From assembly GCA_028534125.1 (NCBI GenBank), contig CM052817.1:19036001-19100000 (forward strand): a stretch of 64,000 bases of DNA, read 5' to 3'. The notes under the pieces are model-generated. The model was not told the origin of the DNA. It ran no database searches and was given only the letters and a program-made list of their open reading frames with translations. Shown piece after piece: positions 37,043 to 50,522 of the stretch (positions are counted from its first letter, which is position 1; the number at the start of each line of letters is the position of its first letter). The DNA comes from Lama glama. Its lineage: Eukaryota. Position numbers and translations under genes: made by a program.

Positions 37043-38419
37043 CGTATATATTAATATTATAATACTACAGGGGCACAGTTACAATTGGCCAAATAAATAA
37101 TAATGTGTATTGCCTAATTGGGAACAACTTACTATCTACATAGTCTTGTTTTCTATTTATTAAAAAATATGTTTTTATGGTAATTTTTGGGTTAGGCCAT
37201 ATGAGGAAGCCTTATTAGATGTCAGATTTAATTTGTGTATGAATATACAGAAACATTTATTTGGAATATGTAAGTTAACACACTGAAGAATAAACCAGCT
37301 TATCATTAGTACCTCCAATTGCCTTCTGTCCTCTAAGTGCCTGTTTCTTACCTGTTAGACGAAAGAACATTGAGATAAATTTTTATTCCTTTAAGAAAAT
37401 GAACAGGTAGTGAGATTATTATGAATTTATCAATGTTTGGTATGTATCCAATTTAATGAATTTGTCTTAAGAATTTTTTTTCTTTTGTTAATAACATAAT
37501 ATAAAAATTCCTGGACAGTTATTCAGTCTTTCACTTGCTGTTTTAGCCTGTAGTTGGATGCCATGGTGTTTCATAATTGAAACATTTCAATAAATTCTTT
37601 GTAAAAAGGATATTTCTGCATACATATGTGAACTCAGAATGGAGCCTTGTTTTAATACTTATTTGACATACAGGATTAAGTAGGACTTCTGTTTTATCTT
37701 GGGTATGTCAGTAACTAATAAGCTCTCTTTTTCATAGTAGGTCTCTGTAGGGCCTTTCAGTTCTGGGAAAAAGACAAAACATATAAGAGATCTTATATTC
37801 TTTGTAATGAGAGCTCTGAAAAGTTCCTTTTTCCTTTGCTGATATTCCAGTCTCTAATTTGAGAGACTTTTCAGATTAACTGGTAAAAAAACAATCCCAC
37901 ACAAATAGTTCTGTGTTTATGACCTTGAGTGTGTCCATTGAGATGAGACAAGCTGTTTATCAATATGCACGTGTATGTACAAGATCACATATTTATATGT
38001 CTACACTGTGAGCAAGATTTGGATACTTCAGAAAACCATAGAGGGAATAATAAACCCAAGATTAAAGTATTAAAATCGAATAAAATGTATCTTTTCACGT
38101 TTTGTATATACACAGAAGATTCTGAATACTTAAAGTCTAGGTATGTTAAGCTAACCAGGGTATGTTTCCATATCAATGTGTATTTTTGAATATTGATGTT
38201 GAAGTCAGTGGAGCTATATTACTGAAATACAACATCACATATCTCACATAAAAGAGGTTGGCAATCAATGGCAATAAATGCTTATGATCTTTATGACCCC
38301 ATTACATGACGTTGCTAGATGGCAAATAGCATGTATCTATGGTCTCATTTATTTTCTTGTTCAGTCTTTCACTCATACATATACAACCCACATGTGCAGA
38401 CTAATTTTTGTGTGTCTTT

Positions 38420-38525
38420 TTATTAAACTTTAGACTCTTGGAAGACATGGACCATGGATTTCACCCTTGTATTAAGAGGCTTATCAGAATGCTTATAACA
38501 TAGTAAGTACTAAATAATAGAGTTG
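38420..38525 (+). mobile_element. L2 3' end
   Basis: ttagactcttggaagacatggaccatgg...cagaatgcttataacatagtaagtactaaataa. Confidence 0.55.
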
Positions 38526-38899
38526 CTCTAAAAATGTACATCAGAGAATAGACTGCAGAGCAAAATGCAATATTATAATAAAATACTACCTATTTCTACA
38601 TGTGAAATTTACCATATATATATATACACACATATATATATACACACACACACATTTTTAAATTGAATATACTAAAAAATATGTATATAAAACTTCTACA
38701 AAATTAGAATTACAAATCAGTAGATCCAGTGGAGGATGATCAACTCTCTCAGTAATTTGTAAATCAACAAGGTTTTTAAAAGAAGTATGAACACAGATGT
38801 TTTGAAATACACAGTTGTCACCTCAGATCTAAAAATCAATACCCAATAATTAGAAAACACACATACTTTAAAAGTCTTGGAATGCTTATATATTTCATT

Positions 38900-40110
38900 A
38901 GACACTAGACTCCAGTGAGGTCTCAAGAATATCAAACATTTGAAATTAAATACTTTGTTCTGAATGTAACTAAATTCAAAGGCATCCACAAAAAGTTCAT
39001 CCAAAATATAGCAGAGGAAATACCTGAAGGCATAATTGAGGCACCTTTACCAGAAATAAAGGTGAAAGATCTTAATTTGAAAGGCACATATTGTGCTAAA
39101 GAGGAGATAAAGAAAAACTTAAATCTAGATGTGTTACAGTGATATTTTAAAATATACAAGAAAGGAGCAAAATTATTTTAAAATAAAGTTTCTCCAGAGA
39201 CACATAATATCAGTTTCAAAGAATAAAGGATCAGATCTACATCAAAATTTTTTAACTGCATCATTGTCTATAGGGAGAGAATAGAGTAATATTTATTCAA
39301 ATATTAACTATATCATAATTCATATTTTTTAATCTAGCTATACAATCAAATCCAATAATATTTAAACAGATAATATACCATGACCATGTTAATTTTTATC
39401 CTATATATACAAAAAATTTCATGCTTAAAAATCTGTGAATTTAATTCTAACATTAACAAATTAAAAGAAAAACACATGATTGTTTAAATAAATCATAAAT
39501 TTATGATTAAAAATGCTCAGTACATTAGAAATAGGAGGGAACATTTATGAAGTGAATGTTATATGTAAATATTGACAAATATTATTCTTAATGGGTCAAT
39601 GTAGAGAACTTCCCATTTAAAATTAAGAAATATATAAGGAAGCATATTTTCACAACTTCAAACCACAGGTGCTTTGCTGGCCCTAGCCTAAATAATAATA
39701 TGATGCAAAGGAATTAGATAAATGAAGATTAGAAAAGAAGGAATGAAACAACCATTGTTTGTATAATATATGACCATTTACTTAGAAAAAATTTATATTC
39801 ATTATTATACATATTTGTAAAGTTTATCTAGATAGCAGAACATGATGATAATATTAAAAATTCAAGTGAATTTCTTTGTATCAGCAACAAAAAATTAAAA
39901 ATAATTTTAGTGACTATTTAACGTACATCAGAAAATAGTGATCAAATAATTGAAATTAAGTCTAACAAAAGGTATGCTGGATGTTATAAAAAGTTCAATA
40001 AATGTATATTAAAATGTATAGCACCTAAATTAATGGAGAACCTGTTTTCATGTATAGAGTAACATGATATCATGAGGATATTAATTCTTCTGAAATGTGG
40101 CTATAAATTA
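38900..40110 (+). mobile_element. Old L1M remnant: ORF1-like segment then ORF2 pieces
   Basis: ORF 38915..39142 (EGIIEAPLPEIKVKDLNLK) resembles L1 ORF1. aaaggatcagatctacatcaaaatttttt and later RT-region motifs follow. Confidence 0.6.
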
Positions 40111-42550
40111 TAAAGAAAAAGAAGGAAAGACTTACCAATTTGTTTTATAAACCCTGTATTTCCCTGATGTCACTTATGAAGACATTGAAAGAAAAAAAAA
40201 GATACGCTATTATTCCTCACAAATATAGACATCATAAATTTAATTCAGCAATATATCTCTGGAATTCAAAGCTAGTGAAACATTTAAAACCAGTTTAATT
40301 AATTAGCTATATTAACAGAATAAAGGAATAAACCATATGAACAACTCAATCCAATGATCTTCCATTTGTGATAAAATTAATAAGTTAAGTACACATAGAC
40401 TAGTACCTCCTGAATCTAATAAAGAACGTCTATGATGAGTCCTACACATAACATCAGGCGTAAGTGTGGAAGACTGAGTGCTTTCCCTCTAGATTAGGAA
40501 AAATGCAAAGGTGTCACTTTTCACAACTAACATTCAGCATTGCACTGGATGTCCTAGTTAGTGCAAGAAAGCAAGAAAAAGAAATAAACAGCGTAAAGAT
40601 TGGGAAGAAATAAGTCAAACTGTCAGTATTCTCAGGAAATATTTTTTTAATGTGGAAAAATCCTAAGGAATCTGCCAAAACAAACAAAACTTCTACTAGT
40701 TCTAAGAAGCAGATTCAACAAGCTTCCAGGACATGAGGTCTATAATAAGAATCAACTGTATTTTTATATTCTAGTGCTAAACAACTAGAAAATGGAATAA
40801 AAATGTCCATTTTCAAAAGCATCAAAAAACCTTGAAATACTTAGGAATAATTTTAACAACAGTCAAAACACGATATGTATTCTGAAAACTACAAAATATT
40901 TCTGAGACTGATTAAAAGAAGACCAAATAAGTGAAGAAGCGTGGTCTTATTATCGAGATACTGAAACACTCAATGTTGTTAAAAAATGATTCTCCCAAAA
41001 TAATCTGGGGAGTCCAAGAAATTTAAATTAATATCTTAGCTAAAGCCTTGGGTGGAAAATGTTAAGATTATTCTAAAATTAATAAATGTGAAATAATTAA
41101 AATAGTCAAAACAATCCTGAAAAAGTAGAACATAATTAGAAGCTTTACACCACCAGATTTCACAGCTTACAATGACACTATAGACACTCTGGTAGTGGAA
41201 TAAGTATAGACAAACAGATCAATGGAACAGAGTATACATGTAAACTAACATACGTTCAATTGATTTTTCAATAAAAGTTCCAAAGCAATGTAATGGGAAA
41301 TGCAAAAACTTTTCAACAAACTTTGCTGAAACAAGTGGATATTTACATGGAAAAATTCAACCTTAATTTATATTTAACATCACACACAAGCAAATCAAAA
41401 TGAATCATGACCTGACCTAACAATAAATGTTAAATCTACAAAGTTTAAATAATAACAAATGGTCCAACGATAAAAGAAGAATCCTCAGACAGAATAAAAC
41501 AAGTACCACAAAACATTACAAATTATACTTCATCAACATTAGGAATTTCTGATTGTTAAAAGACACCATTAAGAAAATTAGTATGCAAGCCACAAATGGG
41601 AAACATATGTCTGATAACAGACATATTCAGAATATGTTTTTAAAATTTTCTACATCTCAAGAGCTAAAGTTCAGATAATTCAATAAATTAATGGGCAAAA
41701 GTCTCCAACAAACATATCTAAATAAATACCTATATTTATAAATGGACAAAAAGTTAATGAAAGACTTTAATATCATTACTCAACAGGGAAATGCAAGTTA
41801 TAATTACAATGATGCCACTATATTTTCACCTTAATGACCAAATTTTTAGAAAGACTGCTAATGTCAAATATTGGCATGGGTATTGAATAACTTAAATTCT
41901 CATACATTACTGGTGGTAGTGGAAAATAGCACAACTATTCTTTAAAAAATTTAACAATTTTCTGTAAAGTTGAACATACAGCTGCCCTTTGACCTTAGCA
42001 GTTATGCTCTTCTGGGCTCAGGCAAGAAAAATAAAAATATATATTCATAAAAATAATATGTATTCATAAATGTTTACAGACTATTTATTTATAATATCTC
42101 AAAAATGAAATAACATGAAATTCTAACAAGAGCATGGGTACACACTGTGTTCTACGTTCATTATAATGATGTACTTCTTAACAGTAAAAAGGAACCAAAC
42201 AATCTCTTTAACAACATGTGGAAATCTAAGAGATATTTTTATGAACAGACAGAGAGAGTACAATGTGGTATGACTTCCCTTGTATGAAGTTTTAAAGTAG
42301 GCAAACTAATCTATGGTAAAAAAAAAAAAAAGGAGAGAATCTGCAGTGAAAAAGAATCTGTAGTTGTTTCTTGGTTGAAGGATAGAGAGAATTGTGATTG
42401 ACTGCTAAAGGATGCGAGGAGCCTCTTTGGTTTGAGGGAAATTTTCTTTATCTTGTTACCATATTCATTACATGGGTATATCCCCTTGTTAAAACTCATG
42501 AAATCACACTCTTAGTTTGTGAATATCATATGTAAATTGTATCTTATGAA
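40110..42550 (+). mobile_element. L1ME-type element: degenerate ORF2 through 3' end
   Basis: Collinear ORF2 motifs (gctttccctctagattaggaa; gacaaacagatcaatggaacagagta; ttttcaacaaactttgctgaaacaagtggata) ending in a 3' UTR (gtaggcaaactaatctatggt...tatgtaaattgtatcttatgaaa). Confidence 0.85.
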
Positions 42551-42554
42551 AGAA

Positions 42555-43765
42555 GTAACAAATAGTAAACTCTAGTTAATATATTGAGGATAATGGAATC
42601 CATGTTTCTCACTGTTTCAAGAGTTTCAAAATTCGGAAAGTAGAAAGCTAGTGTGTACCATGTGATGTTAGACGGGGATTAAAAGTATCAACATGTATTC
42701 ATATTATACATATATATGTATGGGAGAGAGAGAAGGAGAGAGAAGAAAGTGAGAACAAGAGTGAGAGCAGAGAGTAAAAAAGAAAAAGAAGAAATAAACA
42801 TACTTGTCAGATTTTGATTTCTGAATACCGTCCTCCCGTTAAAATGATCCAGGGCTTATTAAAGAAATGGTTATTATTTCCAGGACCGGAAAAGAGCAGT
42901 ATGAGCCTGGAACAATCTATCACATTGCACAAGAGGAGCTCAAAGAATCATGAAAATATGTCAAAATGACATAAGCAATTTTGACAGAACTCCCTTTTGG
43001 CTATATTTGAAAGTCTCTGAACATCAAAGAAAACAATAAAAGGAGTGGATTATGAACCCATTATTGAATAAAATAATAATGCATGAGTGCACAATGATAT
43101 ATGTAAATAAATGGATAAAATAATGTCTCTTACAGCCTAATACCAGAAAGTGATCAATCATCAATGGACACTAAACCTAGAGGGTAAATGTTTGACCAGG
43201 AGCAGGATGTTTCAAAATACATCCCCTCAAGCTACTTACTAGTTTCAAAGTAGTGCCAGCATTGAGAGATGTGTGGAATACCACCGGGACCAAGACAGCA
43301 GACCTAGCTAGAACCGTTGTCATTGGGACCAACAGCATCATGTGTCAAGTAAGATACTCAGAGAAAGGAAGAACCTCATCCCAGTAAACCTAATCACAAA
43401 GAGGCATCAGAGAGACCTAAGCTGGAGGTCATTCTACGAAATAACTGGCCCCTTGTCTTTAAAAATATTAGAATGTAAACTGATATAGCCATTATGGAAA
43501 TCACTGTGGAGGTTCCTGAAAAATTAAAAGTAGAATGGCCATAGAATCCAGCAGTTCCACTTCTGGGCATGTATCCAAAGAAAGCAAAAACACTGATTTG
43601 AAACCATATGAATATACAGAAAAAATGATAAAATGAATGGACCCAAATGGAGTAATTCTTGAATCTTAAAAAGGTTATATAAAGGATATTTAAGACTTCC
43701 TGATACAGTTCTAGCAACTTTACTATAAATTTGAAATTATTTCAAAATACAACCTACTACAAAAA
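42555..43765 (+). mobile_element. L1MC/MD-type long 3' UTR, with a younger L1 ORF2 fragment at ~43470-43610
   Basis: ggataatggaatccatgtttctcactgtt; gatccagggcttattaaagaaatgg; tatgagcctggaaca; end gcaacttttactataaatttgaaattatttcaaaata. Insert gccattatggaaatcactgtggaggttcctgaaaaattaaaagtagaa. Confidence 0.75.
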
Positions 43766-44204
43766 TAATAATTTGATATAGTCTCAGATCCCCTTTCTTT
43801 CCCCACACCACAGAGTCAGGAGGGTGCATTCCCCAACCCCCTGCCTCCTTACATACATACAGTGTTGATGGGGTACTTGAGATTTAGTCTCTTTCCTAGA
43901 TAAAACAAGGCATCCTCAGACTGGGAAACACAGGATCTACTTTATCCTGAGTGCCCTACTGTCAATCTGGGAATAACAAGATTTTACATGATAAAAGTTG
44001 AGTCTCTATGGTCGTCTTTTCCCTACCAGCCCGTCTTCACTTTGCTGTTAAAATAATAGTATCCAGGTGGCAGCGTAAATCTTGTCATTCTTCACCAGAA
44101 GCGAAGTAGCGAAGTAAGAAATTGGCGAGCATAGCCATCTTTGCCATAACCCCAAGATTTTGTCTGAATTTGAGCACAATAAGGATAGATAAGCTTTTCA
44201 CCAC

Positions 44205-44701
44205 CTCATTCCATCTCAGTAGCAACTGCATTCTTATAATTTCTCAGGCCAAAACCCTCCGCAACATCCTTGACTTCTCTTTTCTTTCTCTGCTGCACAT
44301 CTAATCCATCAGTAATTCTTAGAGTCTCAGGTTTTATAATTATCCTCTTGAACTGCATTACTTTTTCCCTACTTATTTCTTGCTTCATCGAAGATTTTGC
44401 AAAAAATCTCTCTCTTTAGCTTAATGCTTACCTGTCCTTTCTATTAAAATTCCAACTCATTTTTACTTTCAAAAGATGGACTTATTCTATTCTTTTTCCC
44501 TTAGTAATTTTTACTTTATAAAGTATAATGTAAGGTATCTATAATGTATGTTATTTCTTATGTATAGAGTCTGTCTGTCCCTCCCAATTTAAGCGCCAAA
44601 GAGACAGGGATTTCTGATTGCTCTGGTAAGTGATGTATCCAAGTACATAGAATAATTCTGTCCACATAGTACTTTCTTAGTAAGTACTTGTGGGATAAAT
44701 G
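44205..44701 (+). mobile_element. L2a 3' region
   Basis: ccatctcagtagcaactgcattctt...ctcaggccaaaaccct...catccttgacttctct...cacatctaatccatcag, ending cacatagtactttcttagtaagtacttgtgggataaatg. Confidence 0.8.
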
Positions 44702-44829
44702 CTTCTTTCTTGACTGCACAATTCTCATTTAAGTGACATCTATTTCATTTCACTGTAAACCATTGGATTTACTGAAAAACAAGGTTTTAAAAAAATGTTT
44801 ATAGCTAAAATAACCTTTTAGATTTTAAA

Positions 44830-45010
44830 CTATAGCTACTATTTATTTAGCATTTTTGTATTTGCTAATATTTGTGCCAAGTACTTCATATTTAATTAAT
44901 TCTCAAAACAGCTTTATGTTCTGACAATTTTACATATCAAACAAATCTAGACTCAAGAGGTTTAACAACTCACCCAAGGACATAAAGCCAATAAGTGGAA
45001 AAACCAGAAA
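44830..45010 (-). mobile_element. MIR SINE
   Basis: atagctactatttatttagcatt...gactcaagaggtttaacaactcacccaaggacataaagccaataagtgg. Confidence 0.7.
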
Positions 45011-47309
45011 ATCATAAACGTGGAGCTAAATTAACTGTCTTAAAGTGAGCACACTAATAGAAGTACAACCTGGGACAAGCGAAAGAATCTGACAAGAAAC
45101 CCCTGTGATCCCCTGTGTGTTTTGCAATCTCTACTCCTTTTCTGCATTTTAAAGACAAACACTAGCTTCTAACACCATAGGATACCTTTTTTCTAATTTC
45201 GAAGTTTATAGAAATGTAACCATATTGTGTATTATTTTATGGCTTGATTTATTTCAATTAGCACTGTGCTTTTATCACTGACTATCACTTTACTGTATGG
45301 ATGTACCACAGGTTTGGGGAGTTTTTTTGTTTGCTTGTATGTTTGTTTTACCCCTTCCCTTAGTGAAGGACATCTTAGGTGCTTCCAGATTTTGGAAATT
45401 ATGAATAGCACTATAAATATCTGCATGTGGCTTTTCGTGTGGACATAAATTTTCAAATCATCGAGTGAATATCTGGGAGCATAATTCTGGATCAAACTGT
45501 TTAGCTTTTTAAGAAATTGCTAAACTGTCTTCCTAAGTGACTGTTCCATTTTGTATTTCTACTTCTAGTGAGTGTGAGTTCTGCTTGCTCCGCATCACCT
45601 GCATTTGCTATTGTTAGTTTTGGATTTTACTCATTCCGATCTTTAGCTGTCTTGATTTGTATTTTTCTAAAGGCAAATGATGTTGAGTATCTTTTATTAT
45701 GCTTATTTGTCATCTGTATCTCTTCTTTGGTGAGGTGTCTGTTCGTTCATATCATTTGCCTGTCTTTTAACTGGTCTGGTGACTTCTCTTTTGGAATGTT
45801 ATTCATTATTGACTCAATTTTTTTTAATAGATGCTAAATTTCTTATTAGATTATCCATTGAATTTTGTGTGAATTCTGATAGTTGTGTCTTTTAAGAAAT
45901 GGCTACATTTTATCTAATTTATGAAATTTGGGGGCATAGATTTGTTCATAGTATTATTATATTACTATTTAAATATCTGTAAGATTAACTTAATATCTAC
46001 AGGCTGCTCTTTCATTTCTAATATTTGTAATTTGGGCATCCTCTCTTTTAATTCTGGATTAGCCTGGCTAGAGGTTTACCAATTTTAGATATTTTTAAAG
46101 AAGCAGCTTTAGATTTCATTGAATTGCTCTTTGTTTTCCAATTTCATTGATCTCTAGTACGATTTTTATTACTCCTTTTCTTCTGTTTGCTTTAAACTTC
46201 GATTACTCTTATTTTCCTTGACTCCTGAGAAGCTTAAGCTATTGAATTTAGATCTCTCTTCTTTTCTAACATATGCATTAAATGCTATTAATTTATCAGT
46301 AAAACATCATCCATTGCATCAACAAATTTTAGAAACACTTTAATTGATCTTGAGACTTCTTTTTTGGCTAATGGATTAATTTAAGTGTGTATCGTTTAAT
46401 TTGTGTATATGTGGGATTTTCAGCTCTCTGTTATTGATTTTTAGTTCAACTTCACATGATTTTTATTTTTTTAATTTGATAGTATATTTTATGGCCTGAA
46501 GTAATCTGTCTCAGTGAATGTTCCATATGGGGTTGAGGAGAATATGGATCTGGCCGAGGTAGGTTGGAGTTTTCTATAAATTAGGTCAAATGGATCAGTA
46601 GTTTAATTCAGGTCAATTATGTCCTTACTGATCTTCTGCCTGAATAATTCATCAATTCAAAAGAAGTGTGTTTGTCTATAATTGTAGTAGTATCTTAGTT
46701 TATTTTTCTTTGAATGTCTATCAGTTTTTGCCACATGTATATTGGCATTCTATTTTTATGTGTGTACACACCAAGGATCGTTTTGTCTTCCTGGAGAATT
46801 GGCCCCTTTGTCATTATGTAATGCCATTTGTTACTCCTGATAATATCCTTTATTCTAAGATCTGCTTTGTCTGAAATTAACATAGCTACCCCAGCTTTGT
46901 TTATATTAGTTAGCATTGTATATTTTTCTCCATCCCATTTCATTTCCCCTATCTGAATCTTTATAATTAAAGTGGATTTCTTGCATACAATGGATAGTTT
47001 GAGTCTTTTTTAAAACCCATTCTAACAATATCTGCCTTTTATTTGGTATATTTAGACTATTCCCATTTGAAGTGATTATTTATATAGTTGGATTAACATG
47101 TACTATGTTTCTAATTGTTTTTTATTCATTGCACTTATTCTTTATTTCTTTTTCTACTCATTTTCTTTCTTTCTATTTGTTTGAGACTTTATATGACTCC
47201 AATTTATCTCCTCCCAGAGCAATTGTATTTTGAAAACCAAAGTTAATGATTGCTTCAAAGTTTGCAGTATACATTTACAACTACTCTAGCTCAATGTAGT
47301 GGCTTAGAA

Positions 47310-47650
47310 TCTCAGCTTACATAGCATCTTCAGCAAAGAACATTAAATTTGCAGAGAAATGACTGGCTAACAGACACTAATTTTAAGCTTCCAAGAGTGA
47401 CAAACTATGGGAAGATAAATACGCAGAAAGAAACTAATGGAGCAACGTTTATTTGTACATTCCTCTGGTGCTGTCTATGGATTGATAAGAGTCTGTTCCC
47501 AGTAAGAGGAGAATTTGCATCCTGCTTTTAGACTGGGAAGGGGAAGGCAGACATTTTCCTATATTTGCTGTTTCTTAATTGCCTTAAACTCAAAATAATT
47601 TTTTTATGTCAAGGAGGCTTATTTTAGGTGATATAATATGATTTCCTTTA
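47310..47650 (-). mobile_element. ERV1 LTR fragment (MER34/MER39-like) nested in L1
   Basis: ttgctgtttcttaattgccttaaactcaaaataatt...tatgtcaaggaggcttattttaggtgatataatatgatttccttta matches the reverse-complemented MER34-group LTR start. Confidence 0.65.
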
Positions 47651-49335
47651 ATTCCTTCTTTGATGATCTTTCTTTATGCAGATGCAATAAACATGTGTCA
47701 TTTTCCTTCTCCCTAAAGAAACTTCTTTTAACATTTCTTGCAGGGCATGTTTGCTAGTGATGAATTTCTTCAGTTCTTTGTCTAAGCAAGTTTTTATTTC
47801 TTCTTTGCATGTGAAAATGGTTTTGTTAGGTATAGAATTCTAGTTTGACAAATTCTTTTTTCAACACTCTAAATATTTCACTCTACTCTCTTCTTCCATG
47901 TTTTCTGTTAAGAAATCCAACATAAGTATTACCCTTTTTTACCAGTAGGTAAGATGCCCTGATATACCAGATTTTTTTCATAATTTTCTCTTCATCTTTG
48001 GTTTTGTGCAATTTGAATATGGTATGCTTAGTTTGATTGTTTTTGGTTATGTTTTAGGGGGTAATATTTATTTTGCTTGGCATTCTCTGAGATTCCTGGA
48101 TCTCTGCTTTGGGATCTGTCAGTTTTAGAATTTTCTCAGTCATTATTACTTCAAATACTTCTTCTGCTCTACTCTCACTTTATCCTGTATCTGGTAATCC
48201 AATGATACATGCTAAAACTTGAAATTGTCCCATGGTTTTTGGATATTCTTTTTTTTTTTTGGCTTTTGTTTTAGAATTTTCTAATGACCTGCCTTTAAGC
48301 TCATCAATTCTTCCCTCTGCCATGTTAAGTCTAATAATGAGCCCGTCAAGGCAGCCTTCATTTCTCTGTCACTGTTTTTGATTCGTAGCATTTCCTTTTG
48401 ATTCTTTCTTAGAATCAAAAAAGAATTTCTATCTTTCTGTTTACATTGTCCATCTGTTTTTGCATGCTGTCTACTTTTACCATTAGATCCCTTAACATAT
48501 TAATTGTAATTGCTTTAAATTCTCTGTCTGATTATTGCAACACTTCTGCTATACCTTAATCAGTTTTGATGGTTGTTTTCTCTTGTCAGACTTTTTTTCT
48601 TGCTTTTTGTTATGCCTTATAATTTTTAGTAGGAGTCAGGCATGTTGCACTGAGTGATAGGAATGGAGGTAAACGGTCCTTCAGTGTGAGGATTTATGTT
48701 AACTTGACTGTGGGCTGGGATGTCTCTAGTAGCTATAGGCACCAGGGACTTCACATTCCTCTGGTGTCCATGCCCTTTGGTCTTCCATCAGTACTTCTTG
48801 GAAAATGCTGTATCTTGTAGCTCTTTCAGCTAAAACCTACAGTAATCAGCCTGGAGCCTGGTTGGTGTGGTGGTAAGATGTGAGAAACAGGGAGCACTCT
48901 TTAATTTCTTTTATTAAATCTCAGACGTTAGAGGGCCTGTACCTCAGGGTTGTTACTTTCACAAGTATTTTGCTAATGCTGTTGCTTTTTTCTCTCGACC
49001 TCCTGTGCCATCCTGTGTTCCACCATTCTAAATCCATTTCCTTGATGTACACCTGTTACTGGTGTACTTGTTACTGTGGGGAGGGTCCGGGGGCTGGAAT
49101 GGGAGAGGGCTCTCCCGCCTGCTCAGATAAGTTCTTACAAAATGTTTTCTTCTGTAGAGTAAGCCTTTGTTATGGAAATGCTCTGGCTATGTCTCACCTC
49201 CTGAGAAAAATCTCCGAGTCACTACTCTGGGCATCAGGTAGGGCAGTAGCCTCTGGTCTTACTGGCTTACCTCTCCAGGTGTGAGACACCTGCCCTATGA
49301 GTGACTTGGGGTGAGGGCTCTTGGGGCCCAAGAGT

Positions 49336-49579
49336 TGCCGAAAAACCAGCCTTTGTGCCCTGAGAAATGAATTCAGGCTCAGAGACAGAGTTTTGGGAAT
49401 ATCAGAGAAAAGCAGCTTTATTGCTGTGCCAGGCAATGGGGAGTCACAGCAGGCTCACGCCTTAGACACTGGGATGGCCTGCTCTTCCTGGCGAGATAAG
49501 ACAACTCTTGATTGGGAGCTGAGGGAAGGTGAGGCCCAGCTTTCATGCCCATGCGCCTCCTGCAGTGGAGCTTAAGTCA
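49336..49579 (-). mobile_element. Short ERV LTR-like insertion in the L1 5' region
   Basis: tgccgaaaaaccagc...gagacagagttttggg...gaaaagcagctttattgctgtgccaggc...aagtca. TG/CA ends and AATAAA on the minus strand. Confidence 0.55.
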
Positions 49580-50336
49580 TGTTGAGCTGGGGCAAGGGGA
49601 GTAAAAGTGAGTCACTGGTTAAATGCCAGAGATTCATGATGTTCTTACCATGCTAGAGTTTCTTGAACAAAGTATCCTTCATTTGTTTTGTGCCCTTAGC
49701 ACAAATCTCAGAGTCTTGAAATAATATTTAAAAATAATTTCCACCAGTTTTCTTGTTTTACTGTGGAGTAGTTCCAAGGAACTTCTCACACTGCAGTCTT
49801 AGAAGCAGACCTCCTAAGTTTATTGTCATACTATTCATATTGAACAAAATGTGCTTTACTGTAGGTGGAAGATTTGTGCTAACATGATACAGAAAGATGA
49901 ACACTTGCCTTAAAGCCACACACACTTGGATTTGATATACAACACTGCTGTTTACTACCTGAGCAACCTGGGGAAAATTACTTTATTAGGCACAACTTTG
50001 CAAAACTAGCACAGAGATTTTAAAAAGATTTGGTCTAATAGTGCCATTTTTAAATGCTTGAATTATTGGCACCTAAATATTCTTATTTTCCATTTAAATC
50101 TTTCATAGCTTTTAAATGAAATAAAATTACAAACAAAATAATACAAAGTACTGCACTCCATGCTTACTTTCTTGCAAACTCACTGATATACAGATTCTTC
50201 AAAATGAGGAATTGCTTACTAATTAAATAGCACACGCTCACACAGCAGATCTTTTCCTGGAATGTGTATTCAAAGAGAGAGTTGAGGGGAGGGAAGAAAT
50301 GAAGCAGAATGGTACATGATTACATATTTCCAGAAC

Positions 50337-50522
50337 AGTATTTCCCCAAACCTTTCTGTGCCTAATAATTGTCTAGGGAGCTTGTTAAATAGCAGATTCT
50401 TTTATCCAATCACCAGAGATGTTGACATAGTACATCTAGGATGGGTCTCTGCAACTTGAATTTTTAATGAGCATCTCAAGTGATTTTGATCAAGTCCTAT
50501 AGGTAACATATTTTGAGAAGTC
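50337..50522. mobile_element. hAT-Charlie MITE, MER5B-like
   Basis: cagtatttccccaaac...gggagcttgttaaatagcagattc...aatttttaatgagcatctcaagtgattttgat...tttgagaa. Confidence 0.7.

Larger units (their letters stand above)
45030..49815 (-). mobile_element. Composite antisense L1M region: 3' part, endonuclease region, ORF1 and 5' region; internally deleted and interrupted by LTRs
   Basis: ORF 46695..46943 is the L1 endonuclease (KAGVAMLISDKADLRIKDIIR...HYIMTKGPILQEDKTILGVY). ORF 45232..45495 is ORF2 C-terminal-like. 47680-48600 is ORF1-like. Confidence 0.85.

Noticed and set aside
2600..46943. ORFs 2600..2944, 11626..12024, 28747..29001 and 46695..46943 as genes
   Set aside because: All are recognisable fragments of L1 ORF2 in truncated copies.
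48880..49575. GC-richer region with overlapping ORFs as a promoter or gene
   Set aside because: Explained by the antisense L1 5' region plus a nested LTR-like element. CpGs are too sparse for a CpG island.
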